Assembly: GCA_963669445.1 (NCBI GenBank)
Contig: OY770029.1
Location: 5,029,133 to 5,093,132 of the forward strand
Length of the DNA stretch: 64,000 nt
Direction of reading: 5' to 3'
Origin: Rhodospirillales bacterium
Lineage (GTDB): Bacteria > Pseudomonadota > Alphaproteobacteria > Kiloniellales > JACOMY01
Shown: positions 19,440 to 29,508 of the stretch, piece by piece
How positions within the stretch are numbered: position 1 is the stretch's first letter
How the letters are laid out: the number at the start of each line of letters is the position of its first letter
Notes under the pieces: model-generated
Databases searched by the model: none
The model's input: only the letters and a program-made list of their open reading frames with translations
Told to the model about the DNA's origin: nothing
Translations under genes and position numbers: made by a program

Positions 19440-20519
19440 TCATGTCCTGGCCATCACGATGACATCTGCCGGTTCGATATCGATCCTGACCGGACTGCCG
19501 GCCCTCGGCAAGGCGCCGCCGCGCCCGACCCTGGTCTCGGCATTGAGTTCGAGGCCGCCGGGCAGCCGCACGACGAACTGGGCGGTGGAGCCGGCAAAGG
19601 ACACCAGTTCCAGGGTGCCGAGCACCCCCTCCTCAGCCGACTCGGCACCGGCATCCAAGAGCCTCACGCTCTCTTGGCGGATGGTGACATGGATCGGATC
19701 GCCGGCCTTGGCGTCGGGCGGCAGATGGCTCGTCTTGAGCGTCACCGCATCGCTAAGCGCAACGGCCGAAGGCTCGCCGGTGGACGCCACGATGGCCTCG
19801 AAACCGTTCGAGCGGCCGAAGAACTCGGCAACGAAGGGGTTGGCCGGATGGTCGTAAATCTCCCGCGGACTGCCGTATTGCTGCAGAACACCCTGCGACA
19901 GGACGCAAATGCGATCCGACATCGTCAGGGCTTCTTCCTGGTCATGCGTGACGAAGACCGTGGTGATCGAGAGTTCTTGCTGCAGGCGGCGCAGTTCGAA
20001 GCGCATGACGTCGCGCAGCTTGGCGTCCAGATTGCTCAGCGGCTCATCCAGCAACAGTAGGGCAGGCTGCGGCGCAATTGCCCGCGCCAACGCCACGCGC
20101 TGCTGCTGCCCGCCGGAAAGCTCTCGCGGCAAACGGCGATCGAGCCCGCTGAGGCGCACCATGTCCAGGGCCTCGCCGACGCGGGTCTTGATCTCCGTCT
20201 CTTCGATCCGGCGGCGGCGCAGCCCGAAGGCGACATTCTCGAAGACGCTCATGTGCGGGAAAAGCGCATAGGATTGAAACACCAACCCTATGTTGCGCTT
20301 GTTCGGCGGCAGCCAGGTGACCTCCTTGCCGGCGACGCGGATGACGCCGGCATTGGGTTCCAGGAGACCGGCCACCATGCGCAAGATCGTGCTCTTGCCG
20401 CAGCCTGAGGGTCCTAAGAGCGAGACGAATGCCCCCTGCTCTACCGCGAGCGCGAAGGCATCGACCGCCAGGACCGAGCCGAAACGCTTGGTCAGATTGT
20501 TGATCTCTAAGGTGGCCAT
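19440..20519 (-). CDS. ABC transporter ATP-binding protein (PotA/spermidine-putrescine type)
   Basis: Walker A GPSGCGKST, signature LSGGQQQRVALARA, Walker B LLLLDEPLS. Confidence 0.9.
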   Translation of the reverse strand: MATLEINNLTKRFGSVLAVDAFALAVEQGAFVSLLGPSGCGKSTILRMVAGLLEPNAGVIRVAGKEVTWLPPNKRNIGLVFQSYALFPHMSVFENVAFGLRRRRIEETEIKTRVGEALDMVRLSGLDRRLPRELSGGQQQRVALARAIAPQPALLLLDEPLSNLDAKLRDVMRFELRRLQQELSITTVFVTHDQEEALTMSDRICVLSQGVLQQYGSPREIYDHPANPFVAEFFGRSNGFEAIVASTGEPSAVALSDAVTLKTSHLPPDAKAGDPIHVTIRQESVRLLDAGAESAEEGVLGTLELVSFAGSTAQFVVRLPGGLELNAETRVGRGGALPRAGSPVRIDIEPADVIVMART

Positions 20520-20536
20520 GTACTCACCTGAACAGC

Positions 20537-20560
20537 GATGGCGGTGCGGGCACCGCCATC
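20537..20560 (-). other. Intercistronic GC-rich hairpin between the SBP and ATPase genes
   Basis: GATGGCGGTGC GG GCACCGCCATC. The arms are perfectly complementary. No U-run follows on the transcribed strand. Confidence 0.4.
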
Positions 20561-20589
20561 TCTCTGCACCAATGCCCTCTAGCAGGCTG

Positions 20590-21630
20590 CTAGCGCGCCA
20601 CTTCCTTCTGCCAGCGCTCGGTCCAGCCGGGGCGCAGTTTGGCGACCGCGTCGGTGTCGGGATACCAGAGATTGTCGTAGCTCTCGCCGAAGGGGACGAT
20701 CGCCTTGACCTTATCGCTCAGCTCCACCTTGGTGTTCACCGGCCCAGCATACTTCTTCTCGGCGAAGCACTTCTGGCCTTCCGGCGACAGCAGCACGTCG
20801 ATGAAAGCCATCGCCAGTTCTTGGTTCTTCGCGCCCTTCGGCACGACCACGGTCGGCTGGATGCCGACGGCCCCCTCCTTGGGATAGGCGACAGCGACAG
20901 GCACGCCCTTATCGGCAGCCGAGCCGATGCGGTCGGGATACCAGGGCGCCATCACGATCTCACCACGCTCGAAGAGCTGTACCAGCTGGTCGGCCTGCGT
21001 GTAGAGCATCACCACGTTCGGCATCAGCTCCTCGACTGCCGCGAAGCCTGCGTCCTGACTGTCGAAGTCGCCGCCCTTCATCTTGTTGACAGCGATCAGA
21101 AAATGCATGCCCGAAGTGCCGGTGATGTCGCCAAGTGCAATCCTCTCCGCATACTTGGGATCGAAGAGATCGCCCCATGAAGTCGGCGGCGCATCGACCT
21201 CGTTGGGATTGTAGGCAATCACCGTCGCCGCCGTCATGAAGTTGACGAACTGACTGTCGGCATCGAAGGCCTGTTTGGCCACGTCAGGATAGTTGGAGAG
21301 GCTCTTGAAGTCGACGCTCTCGAGCAGCCCTTCGTTCTTCATCTGCTTGGCGATGGAGATGTCCATATAGGCCACATCGATCTCGGGATCGCCGGCGGTC
21401 GCGCGGATCTTCGCGGCATTGTCGACCGAACTTCCGAAGGTCACGATGGCTTCAGCTCCCGTCGCCTTCTCGAAGGCCTCGACATGGCAGGTCTTGGTGT
21501 CGTCCCCGAAGGAGCCACCGAAGGTCGAGATGACGAGCTCGCCCTCTGCGTGCGCCGAAGCGGCAGCGCCGGCTATCGCTAGGATGGCCGCCCCGGCCAG
21601 GGCAGCTTTGAGGCTGTGCATAGTCTTCAT
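20590..21630 (-). CDS. ABC transporter periplasmic substrate-binding protein (PotD/PotF-like, family 1)
   Basis: Signal peptide MKTMHSLKAALAGAAILAIAGAAASAHA. 346 aa. Positioned next to the Pot-like ATPase and permeases. Confidence 0.9.
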   Translation of the reverse strand: MKTMHSLKAALAGAAILAIAGAAASAHAEGELVISTFGGSFGDDTKTCHVEAFEKATGAEAIVTFGSSVDNAAKIRATAGDPEIDVAYMDISIAKQMKNEGLLESVDFKSLSNYPDVAKQAFDADSQFVNFMTAATVIAYNPNEVDAPPTSWGDLFDPKYAERIALGDITGTSGMHFLIAVNKMKGGDFDSQDAGFAAVEELMPNVVMLYTQADQLVQLFERGEIVMAPWYPDRIGSAADKGVPVAVAYPKEGAVGIQPTVVVPKGAKNQELAMAFIDVLLSPEGQKCFAEKKYAGPVNTKVELSDKVKAIVPFGESYDNLWYPDTDAVAKLRPGWTERWQKEVAR

Positions 21631-21648
21631 TGTGCTCTCCCTCTATCG

Positions 21649-22254
21649 TTACAGTTTCTGTGGAAGGTCTTGTTCTTCGGGACCAGGGCTCTCGGACGGA
21701 GGCCGCAGAGCCGCGGTCGCCGCGCTGTTCAGCACCAGCATCCGGCTCAACATCGACGCCAACTGAGACTGTTCCTCCGCGGTGAACATAGAAACCAGCG
21801 CGCGTTCCATCGCGGCGTGGTCCTGCATGGCGCGGTCGGCAAGTTTGCGCCCCGTCGTCGTCAATTCGACGATGACGCCACGGCCGTCCCGCGGATCGGC
21901 AAGGCGATGGATCCAACCGATTTCCTCAAGACGCGCCAGCAGATTGGACGTGCCGCCGGAGGTAAGAAGCAGGGTCTCCTTAAGCCGCGAGGGCGACATC
22001 CGAAAGGGCGCGCCGGCGGCGCGCAGGGTGGCCAGCACGGCGTAGGCGGGGTAGCGCAGGCCGTGGCGCTGAAGATTGTCGTTCGTCGCGCGCAGAATGA
22101 CGTCCTGCAACGCCAGCACGCGACCGACGACGGCCTTGCCAGAGCAGTCGATGTCCGGCCGCTCATGACGCCACTGCGCCATGCCGCGCCCGACCAGGTC
22201 GAACGAAGGGCTGAGGTCGTTCGGCAACGGGGGATCGCCCTCGTCCTGTCTCAT
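21649..22254 (-). CDS. MarR family transcriptional regulator (paralog 1)
   Basis: Contains WRHERPDIDCSGKAVVGR, YPAYAVLATLR and TSGGTSNLLARLEEIGWI ... DPRDGRGVIVELTTTG. It heads the 22254->14755 gene string. Confidence 0.85.
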   Translation of the reverse strand: MRQDEGDPPLPNDLSPSFDLVGRGMAQWRHERPDIDCSGKAVVGRVLALQDVILRATNDNLQRHGLRYPAYAVLATLRAAGAPFRMSPSRLKETLLLTSGGTSNLLARLEEIGWIHRLADPRDGRGVIVELTTTGRKLADRAMQDHAAMERALVSMFTAEEQSQLASMLSRMLVLNSAATAALRPPSESPGPEEQDLPQKL

Positions 22255-22305
22255 GCCACTCCCTTCAGACTCTCGCGGTCATTCGAGAAGACAATAGCTC
22301 ACTTT

Positions 22306-22330
22306 TATCTTTTATGAAAGATACTTTTCA
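22306..22330. promoter_or_regulatory. Candidate MarR operator, site 1
   Basis: Core TGAAAGATACTTTT at 22315-22328, inside the near-palindrome TATCTTTTATGAAAGATA (22306-22323). AT-rich gap about 60 nt upstream of the marR paralog 1 start. Confidence 0.45.
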
Positions 22331-22364
22331 CCAACCGATTCAAACTTGCCGCGTCCGTACGCCG

Positions 22365-23351
22365 TCAGGCGGCTATGTCGGGATGGTGACAGGCGATGAA
22401 ATGACCGGGGGTCAGCTGGCGATAGCGGGGCACAGCCTCGCTGCAGAGCGGGCTGCGTTTCGGGCAACGGGTGCTGAAGACGCAGCCCTTCGGCGGGTTT
22501 GACGGGCTGGGGATATCGCCTTTCAAGATCACCCTTTGGCGGCTCTCCTCGAGCACAGGGTCCGGCAGAGGCACGGCAGAGATCAGTGCCTGGGTGTAGG
22601 GGTGTTGCGGCTGCTCCAGAATGGTCTTGGCGTCGGCCAGTTCCATGATTTTGCCCAGATACATGACGGCGACACGGTCGCTGATGTGTCCGACCATGCT
22701 GAGGTCGTGGGCTATGAAGAGGTAAGCTAGGCCGAGCCGCGCTTGCAGGTCGACCAGGAGGTTGACGATCTGCGCCTGGATCGAGACGTCCAACGAGGCA
22801 ATGGCCTCGTCACAGACGATCAGATCCGGCTCCAATGCCAGTGCCCTGGCAATGCCGATCCGCTGGCGTTGACCGCCGGAAAACTCGTGCGGATAGCGGC
22901 CGGCCAGCGCCGGGTCGAGGCCGACCAGATCCAGGAGACCAACGACCCGCTCGCGCAGCACCGGCCTTGAAAGGCCGCCCCGCACCTCAAGCGGCTCTCC
23001 CACGATATCGCCCACCCGCATACGCGGGTTGAGCGCCGCATAGGGATCTTGAAAAACCATCTGTACGCGCTGTCGTGCCTGCTTCAGGGCCTCGCCTCTG
23101 AGCGCCAGGAAGTCTGTCCCCTCCAGGCGTACCCGGCCGGCGGTTGCCGCCTGCAGACCGACAAGCGTGCGGCCGACCGTGGTCTTGCCGCTGCCGCTCT
23201 CGCCGACCAAGCCCAAGGTCTCACCCTTGGCAATCGTGAAGCTGACGCCGTCGACGGCTTTGACGTCCCCAAGCTTGCGCCCAAAGACCCCACCGCGCCT
23301 GATCGGAAAATAGGTCTTCAGATCATCGAGCTGCAGCAGTGCTGTGGCCAT
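22365..23351 (-). CDS. Peptide/nickel-type ABC transporter ATP-binding protein (DppF/OppF-like)
   Basis: Contains [24 protein letters not shown] and the C-terminal oligopeptide-ABC extension with CxxRC. Start at [12 protein letters not shown]. Confidence 0.9.
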   Translation of the reverse strand: MATALLQLDDLKTYFPIRRGGVFGRKLGDVKAVDGVSFTIAKGETLGLVGESGSGKTTVGRTLVGLQAATAGRVRLEGTDFLALRGEALKQARQRVQMVFQDPYAALNPRMRVGDIVGEPLEVRGGLSRPVLRERVVGLLDLVGLDPALAGRYPHEFSGGQRQRIGIARALALEPDLIVCDEAIASLDVSIQAQIVNLLVDLQARLGLAYLFIAHDLSMVGHISDRVAVMYLGKIMELADAKTILEQPQHPYTQALISAVPLPDPVLEESRQRVILKGDIPSPSNPPKGCVFSTRCPKRSPLCSEAVPRYRQLTPGHFIACHHPDIAA

Positions 23352-23352
23352 A

Positions 23353-24342
23353 TCAGCCCTCCCCAACCAAGTCTTGCCAGTGCCAGCAGCGCACTTGACG
23401 CGCAGCATCGTCCGGCAGCGCCGGCGGCGGCATCTGTTCCCGGCAGCGCGAATCAGCCAGGCGGCACCGCGGCGCAAAGGGACAGCCTCCGCCCAGGCGA
23501 CCGAGGTTGGGCGGACGTCCCGGGATCGACGCGAGCTTGCCGGCCGAGGGCCTGTCCAGTCGGGGTACCGATGCCAAGAGGCCTTGCGTATAGGGGTGAT
23601 AGGGCTGCCGGTAGATGTCTCGCACCGGCCCGCTCTCGATCAGATGGCCAGCATACATGACGTTCACCCGCTGGGCCAATCCGGCGACAATACCCAGATC
23701 ATGGCTGATCCAGATCACGGTCAGCTGCAGCTCGCGCCGCAGCTCCTTTATCAGCTCCACGATCTGTGCCTGGATGGTGACATCCAAAGCCGTCGTCGGT
23801 TCGTCGGCAATCAGCAGTTTTGGATGGCAGGCCAAGGCCATGGCGATCATGACCCGCTGGCGCATGCCGCCTGAGAGCTCATGCGGATAGCTGCGCAGGC
23901 GCAAGCTTGGGTCGGGGATTCCGACCAGGTCCAGAAGCTCGGCAGATCGCCGTTTGGCAGCACCTCCACTCATCCCCAGGTGCGCGCGCAGTGTCTCTGC
24001 CAGCTGAAAGCCGATGGAATAGACCGGGTTAAGCGACGAGATCGGGTCCTGGAAGACCATGGCGATCTCCTTGCCGCGCACGCGCCGCATCTGCGGCTCG
24101 CTCAAGGCCAGCAGATCGCGGTCCTGAAAGCGGACTCGGCCATCCAGGATGCGTCCGGGTGGCGAAGGTATCAGACGCATGATTGACAGCGCATGCACTG
24201 ACTTGCCCGATCCGCTTTCCCCGACGACGCCCAGGACCTCGCCCTCCTCCAGCGCATAGGAGATGCCGTTCACCGCCTGCACCGGCCCTTCCTCGGCCTC
24301 GAAACAGGTCGTGAGATTCTCGACTTCAAGAAGTGCCGTCAT
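23353..24342 (-). CDS. Peptide/nickel-type ABC transporter ATP-binding protein (DppD/OppD-like)
   Basis: Contains [24 protein letters not shown] and a C-terminal FAPRC motif. Start at ATG 24342 (an alternative GTG is at 24354). Confidence 0.9.
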   Translation of the reverse strand: MTALLEVENLTTCFEAEEGPVQAVNGISYALEEGEVLGVVGESGSGKSVHALSIMRLIPSPPGRILDGRVRFQDRDLLALSEPQMRRVRGKEIAMVFQDPISSLNPVYSIGFQLAETLRAHLGMSGGAAKRRSAELLDLVGIPDPSLRLRSYPHELSGGMRQRVMIAMALACHPKLLIADEPTTALDVTIQAQIVELIKELRRELQLTVIWISHDLGIVAGLAQRVNVMYAGHLIESGPVRDIYRQPYHPYTQGLLASVPRLDRPSAGKLASIPGRPPNLGRLGGGCPFAPRCRLADSRCREQMPPPALPDDAARQVRCWHWQDLVGEG

Positions 24343-24419
24343 CGATCCCCACACAGGTCAGCGGCCTCTGAGCGCCCTTTGCGTCCATGGGAATATGCTA
24401 GCCTTCGGCATTTTCCTTT

Positions 24420-24436
24420 TCAAAAAGTATCTTTCA
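24420..24436. promoter_or_regulatory. Candidate MarR operator, site 2
   Basis: AAAAGTATCTTTCA at 24423-24436 is the exact reverse complement of the site 1 14-mer. It lies in the divergent gap between the dppD-like gene and the family-5 SBP gene. Confidence 0.45.
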
Positions 24437-24523
24437 TCAAACATAACTCTTGACCCTCATTCTGACCCTACGATAGCCTCGCTACAGTCGCCTCCAGCAG
24501 CCTATCGGAAGAGGATTGCAGTC

Positions 24524-26098
24524 ATGACCGGACAGCCAACGGCTTATAGGGGGATGGCTGCGGCTCTGGTCGCCGCCGGTTTGGCGCTCTTCAGCTGGTC
24601 GGGAGCTGCGACTGCCGACGAGGTCTGTCCGGTGCGCGGCGGGACTTTCACCATTCCCTTCGCGGTCGAGCCTTCCGACCTGACCCCCGGCAAGAACGCA
24701 CAGTTTCCTCCCAGTCTGATCTTCGATCAGATCTACGATACGCTCCTCGTGCTGGATGGCGAAGGCCAGCTGTTGCCGGGCCTGGCGACCGACTATCAGG
24801 TCGCCGACGACAACCTCTCGATCACGTTCGATCTGAGACCGGGCGTCATGTTTCATCATGGCCGCGAGTTCGAGGCCAAGGACGTCGTCTTCACCTTCGA
24901 ACGTCTGCTGGATCCTGCCTTTGCCTCACCCTGGGCCGCCCAACTCGCGTCTATCGACTCCGTCGAGGCATTGGACAAGCACAAGGTTCGAATGAACCTG
25001 AAGGAACCCTTCGCTCCGATCCTCAGCATCGTGGCCACCCCTTGGTACACGGCGATCGTGCCCTACGACTTCGCCCCGGACCACAACCTGAACGAAGAGG
25101 CGTCGGGAACCGGCCCCTTCATGCTGGTTGAATACATCCCCGACGACCACATTACGCTAAAGGCCAACCCGAACTACTGGGAGCCCGGCTATCCCTGCAT
25201 CGACGGCGTACAGTTCAACATCATTCCCGACCCGCAAGGACAGATCTCCGCCTTCCGTCAGAGCAATGCCGACATCGTCGTGCTCGCCGATCCCAAGTTC
25301 ATACCCATCCTGCAGAACGAAGAGGGCGTGCAGTACATAGAACCCGCCGGTGCGGTCAACGAGTCGGGCCTGGGCATCAATACGGCCGAGGGTCCGACCG
25401 CGGATCTGCGGGTGCGCCGCGCACTCAGCCTTGGCACCGATCGTCAGGGCCTGATCGACACCATCCTCTTCGGCCAGGGCGAGATCGGCACCAAGATTTC
25501 TTGCGGCAAGGTTCCCTATGGCTGGTGTGCCGGCAAGGACGAGCCGCTGCCCTATCACGACTACGATCCCGAGAAGGCCAAGGCCTTGCTGGCCGAGGCC
25601 GGCCATCCCGACGGTCTCGAGCTGACGATCCAGGTGAGCCTGCCGCTGGACGTGCAGACCGCCGAAATCCTGGCCGAGCAGTGGGAGAAGATCGGCGTCG
25701 ATTTGAAGATCGAACAGATCGCCGACTTCAATCAGCAGCTGGACAACTACATCAAGGTGAACCACCAGCTCTCGATCGTGTCTCTGGTCTGGCAGCCCGA
25801 CCCGCACTCCGACGTCTATCAGATCTACTACTCCACCTCGCCGATCAACCTGGGCAAGTTCGCTGATCCCAAGCTGGATGCCCTCTTGGATGCCGGCAAG
25901 GTCGAACTCGACCTCGACAAGCGCATTGCGATCTACAAGGACGTCCAGCACCTGATCGCCGATCAGGTCTATATGCTCTATCCCTTCACCAAGCCCGCCA
26001 ACTGGCAGTTCGTGCGCGGGAATGTGAAGAACTACAAAGCCATGCCCAGCGGCGCCTACCGCCACCTGCGCTACCTCTGGCTGGACCAAGAGAACTGA
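24524..26098 (+). CDS. ABC transporter substrate-binding protein, family 5 (peptide/nickel/opine type)
   Basis: Start at MTGQPTAYRG with GAAGAGGA upstream. Signal peptide ends SGAATA. Contains the family-5 motifs FHHGREFEAKDVVFTFERL and NPNYWEPGYP. Confidence 0.9.
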   Translation: MTGQPTAYRGMAAALVAAGLALFSWSGAATADEVCPVRGGTFTIPFAVEPSDLTPGKNAQFPPSLIFDQIYDTLLVLDGEGQLLPGLATDYQVADDNLSITFDLRPGVMFHHGREFEAKDVVFTFERLLDPAFASPWAAQLASIDSVEALDKHKVRMNLKEPFAPILSIVATPWYTAIVPYDFAPDHNLNEEASGTGPFMLVEYIPDDHITLKANPNYWEPGYPCIDGVQFNIIPDPQGQISAFRQSNADIVVLADPKFIPILQNEEGVQYIEPAGAVNESGLGINTAEGPTADLRVRRALSLGTDRQGLIDTILFGQGEIGTKISCGKVPYGWCAGKDEPLPYHDYDPEKAKALLAEAGHPDGLELTIQVSLPLDVQTAEILAEQWEKIGVDLKIEQIADFNQQLDNYIKVNHQLSIVSLVWQPDPHSDVYQIYYSTSPINLGKFADPKLDALLDAGKVELDLDKRIAIYKDVQHLIADQVYMLYPFTKPANWQFVRGNVKNYKAMPSGAYRHLRYLWLDQEN

Positions 26099-26117
26099 CC
26101 TCCGTCAGTCACGCGGG

Positions 26118-27068
26118 ATGAGCCGCTATCTGCTGCGCCGCCTTCTGCTGCTGATTCCCGTTCTGCTGGGCGTCACCTTTCTGACCTTCACCCTGATCCG
26201 GCTGGTGCCGGGCGACATCGTCACCAGCATGATGGGGGTGACGGCGGCCAACGACGATGCCTTGCGGACGCAGATTCTGCACGAGCTGGGCCTCGACCGA
26301 CCCTTGATGGAGCAGTACCTCTGGTGGCTTGGCCGGATCGGCCAGGGTGACTTTGGCCATTCCTTCATTCACGGCGGACCGGTGATCGACCAAATCCTGC
26401 GCCGGCTGCCCATCACGCTGCAACTGGCCACCATGTCGATGCTGATCGCGCTTCTGATCGGCGTCCCCCTGGGCGTGCTGAGTGCGATCCGTCGGGGCTC
26501 GAAAGTCGACTTTCTGGCGCGCGTCATCGCTTTGATCGGCATCTCCGCACCCAGCTTCTTCATCGGCACCCTGATCGTCGTCCTGGGCGCCATCTACTTC
26601 CCAGGCATCTCCACCTTGGGCTATGTGCCCTTTCTGGAGAACCCGCTGGAGAGCCTGGAGCGGATGATCTGGCCGGCGCTGTCTTTGGGTATCGGCATCG
26701 GCGCCATCATCTTGCGCTACACCCGTTCCAGCGTGCTGGAGGTGCTGGGTGAGGATTATGTACGCACGGCGCGCGCAAAGGGTCTGGCCGAGCCGCGCGT
26801 GGTCTTCATTCATGCTCTGAAGAGCGCACTCATCCCGGTCATAACCGCCGTCGGCATCTGGACCGCCTTCCTGATCAGCGGCACCGTCGTCCTGGAGGAG
26901 GTCTTCGCGATTCCCGGCCTCGGCCGCCTGGTGCTGAGTGCCATCGAAAACCGCGACTACCCGATCATACAAGGTACCGTGCTTTTCCTCTCGTTGGGTG
27001 TCGCCCTGGTCATGCTGTTTAGCGACCTGCTGGTGGCGGCGGTCGACCCGCGCGTGAAGTTCGACTGA
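26118..27068 (+). CDS. ABC transporter permease (DppB/OppB-like)
   Basis: N-terminus MSRYLLRRLLLLIPVLLGVTFLTF. EAA loop EDYVRTARAKGL. Confidence 0.9.
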   Translation: MSRYLLRRLLLLIPVLLGVTFLTFTLIRLVPGDIVTSMMGVTAANDDALRTQILHELGLDRPLMEQYLWWLGRIGQGDFGHSFIHGGPVIDQILRRLPITLQLATMSMLIALLIGVPLGVLSAIRRGSKVDFLARVIALIGISAPSFFIGTLIVVLGAIYFPGISTLGYVPFLENPLESLERMIWPALSLGIGIGAIILRYTRSSVLEVLGEDYVRTARAKGLAEPRVVFIHALKSALIPVITAVGIWTAFLISGTVVLEEVFAIPGLGRLVLSAIENRDYPIIQGTVLFLSLGVALVMLFSDLLVAAVDPRVKFD

Positions 27069-27958
27069 TGAGCGATCACTCTCAGGCGGCCATCCCTGCA
27101 GGCCCACCCGAGATCTCCGAGCGGCGACGTTTTCTGCGTCATCTGCTGCGCGATGCAGCCACCCTGACCGGGTTGACGATCGTCGTCCTTCTGGTCTTGG
27201 TCGCCCTCTTCGCACCGCAGATCGCGCCTTATGGAGCCAACGAGAACACCGGAAAGATCCTGGCTCCACCCAGCTTGGAACATCCCTTCGGGACCAACAT
27301 TCAAGGTCGCGACCTCTTCAGTCGCGTGATCCTGGGCAGTCGCAACTCGCTGGGCGTCGCGCTGCCCTCGGTGCTGCTTGCCGTGGCGATCGGCCTACCC
27401 ATCGGTCTCTTGGCCGGCTTCATCGGCGGCTGGTTCGATAGCATCGCACTACGCTTCTTCGACATCATGTTCGCCATGCCAACGATCCTCTTTGCCATCG
27501 CCTTGGTGGCCTATCTGGGACCAAGTCTGCGCAACCTGATCATGACCATCGCGATCCTCTACATACCGCGGGTCGCCATGGTCGCTCGCGGCCCGACCCT
27601 GTCGCTGCGCAGCCGCGAATTCGTGCTCGCCGCAAAGATGTACGGCGCCGGCACCTTGCGCATCCTGCGCCGGCACCTCTTGCCCAATGTCATGGCGCCG
27701 GTGCTGGTGGAAAGCTCCTTGCTGCTATCCACTGCTCTCTTGACCGAGGCGGCACTCAGCTTCCTGGGGCTGGGAGTCCAGCCGCCCAACCCCAGTTGGG
27801 GCGCCGACCTGGGTCGCGGCCGACAGTTCATGGAGCTGGGCATCCACCAGGTGCTGTTTCCGGGCGTGATGATCATGCTGGCCGTGCTCGGCTTCAATCT
27901 TTTGGGCGACGGCCTGCGCGACTACTTCGACCCGCGCATTCGCAAGCTTCGTTCGTGA
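27068..27958 (+). CDS. ABC transporter permease (DppC/OppC-like)
   Basis: Contains HPFGTNIQGRDLFSRV and REFVLAAKMYGAG. Its start overlaps the upstream stop (TGATG). Confidence 0.9.
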   Translation: MSDHSQAAIPAGPPEISERRRFLRHLLRDAATLTGLTIVVLLVLVALFAPQIAPYGANENTGKILAPPSLEHPFGTNIQGRDLFSRVILGSRNSLGVALPSVLLAVAIGLPIGLLAGFIGGWFDSIALRFFDIMFAMPTILFAIALVAYLGPSLRNLIMTIAILYIPRVAMVARGPTLSLRSREFVLAAKMYGAGTLRILRRHLLPNVMAPVLVESSLLLSTALLTEAALSFLGLGVQPPNPSWGADLGRGRQFMELGIHQVLFPGVMIMLAVLGFNLLGDGLRDYFDPRIRKLRS

Positions 27959-27970
27959 GGGAGGACGCTC

Positions 27971-28789
27971 ATGCACCCCATCAAGTTCGCCGCCATCCAA
28001 GCCGTCTCTGTCGCCGAGAGCTGGCAGGCCAAGTGGCAAGGCGCCGATGTCACCCATGCCTTGGACCTGCTTGGCGATGCCGCCAATCAAGGCGCCTCGC
28101 TGGTCTGCTTTCCCGAACTCTATCCCCTGGTCGGCGAAGCAGAGCTCTGCCGCGCGGCAGAAGCACTTGGCGTCTACGTTATCGCCGGGCTGGCCGAGGG
28201 CGACCAGAACCGCTGGTACAATACCAGCAGCCTGATCTCGCCCGCAGGTCGGGTGGTCGGTCGCCAGACGAAGAATTATCCAACGGCTGGCGAGACGGAC
28301 CAAGGTGTGGTCCCCGGCGATCGCTTCCAGGTCTTCGAGACGTCGCTCGGCCGCCTGGGGATCGTGATCTGCGCCGACTTTGCCTTCTTCAACGACGGAA
28401 TTGCGGCTTGCAAGAGCGAGGGTGCCGACGTCGTCTTTAACCCAGCCGTATGGTTCGCGCTCTCCGAGGTCTATCCCCACACCGTGGTCGGGCGCCACAT
28501 GGAGTACTCCTTGCCGATCGTCGGCGTGAACCTCGGTCGCAGCGATGCGAGCCAGCGCGACACGCCCTTCCCACCAGCCGGCGGCTTCAGCACGGTCTGC
28601 GTTCCGCCGCCGATCACCGATATGGATCAACTCTGGGATTGGTTCTGCAAGAAGCCGGGCGGCATCGATTCCGGCGAGGGTTTCATCCAGACTCTGGGTC
28701 GCGGCGAGGAGATCTTGATCTTTGAGATCGATGTCGATGCGGTTCGCCGATTTCCCGGCTATTTCTCCACCCGCACGCCCGTGGCATAA
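27971..28789 (+). CDS. Carbon-nitrogen hydrolase (nitrilase superfamily) protein
   Basis: Putative E-K-C triad contexts CFPELYP, RQTKNYP and IVICADF. It directly follows the Dpp-like permeases. Confidence 0.85.
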   Translation: MHPIKFAAIQAVSVAESWQAKWQGADVTHALDLLGDAANQGASLVCFPELYPLVGEAELCRAAEALGVYVIAGLAEGDQNRWYNTSSLISPAGRVVGRQTKNYPTAGETDQGVVPGDRFQVFETSLGRLGIVICADFAFFNDGIAACKSEGADVVFNPAVWFALSEVYPHTVVGRHMEYSLPIVGVNLGRSDASQRDTPFPPAGGFSTVCVPPPITDMDQLWDWFCKKPGGIDSGEGFIQTLGRGEEILIFEIDVDAVRRFPGYFSTRTPVA

Positions 28790-28835
28790 GAGGCTCTTGG
28801 AGAAGCGCGGTGCCAGCCCTCTCCTCCGCCCGACC

Positions 28836-29390
28836 TCACTCGCGCGTCAGAATGAGACGCCGGAGCAGCTCTCCCAGTGCGCCGCGATCCTCCTCGCTCA
28901 AGCCGGCGATGAGGTCGCGCTCGGCCTTGGCATGAGCTTCCATCGCGCGATCTGCGAGGGCCTTCCCGGCTTCAGTCAGACGCACGTGAACCGCACGGCG
29001 ATCCAGGCGCGAGTTCGTGCGGGTGATGTAGCCTTGGCGTTCCAGACGTGCGAGCAGGTTGGAGGTACCGCCAGAGCTCAGGAGCTGACTGTGTGTCAGC
29101 GCGCCGGGGGTCATCTCGTAGGGCGGCCCATTGACCCTGAGCGTCGCCAGCACTGCATAGGCCGGATACTTCAAATCGAAGGACTTCAAGGCAGCATCGA
29201 CATGCCGCAGAATCACCCCCTCCAGGCGCAGAATACGACCCACGACGGCCTTGCCCTCGCAGTCGATGTCGGGCCGTTCGCGTCGCCAGCGCTGCATGCC
29301 CGCTTCGACGATGTCTATCCTCTCATCGCCGGTACTGACGGAATTCGCTTGGCGATGTGGCGATCGAGTAGGCTTGGCTGCTGAGGTCAT
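28836..29390 (-). CDS. MarR family transcriptional regulator (paralog 2)
   Basis: Contains WRRERPDIDCEGKAVVGR, YPAYAVLATLR and SSGGTSNLLARLERQGYI ... DRRAVHVRLTEAG. By eye it is roughly half identical to the regulator at 21649-22254. Confidence 0.85.
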   Translation of the reverse strand: MTSAAKPTRSPHRQANSVSTGDERIDIVEAGMQRWRRERPDIDCEGKAVVGRILRLEGVILRHVDAALKSFDLKYPAYAVLATLRVNGPPYEMTPGALTHSQLLSSGGTSNLLARLERQGYITRTNSRLDRRAVHVRLTEAGKALADRAMEAHAKAERDLIAGLSEEDRGALGELLRRLILTRE

Positions 29391-29508
29391 GCGTACTTCT
29401 GAGGTGTACTTCTAGGGCCAGTTTCTGGGGACGCAGGCAGAGAAAGAGGTTCCAGGCACTTGCTAGACCAGCTTGACCATCATGGCAAACCGACAAACAT
29501 CTCTTTGT

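Noticed and set aside
26109-27269. 386-aa minus-strand ORF (also 25157..26089, 310 aa)
   Set aside because: Both are antisense to the Dpp-like permease and SBP genes. Their composition is low-complexity and rich in D/Q/G/H.
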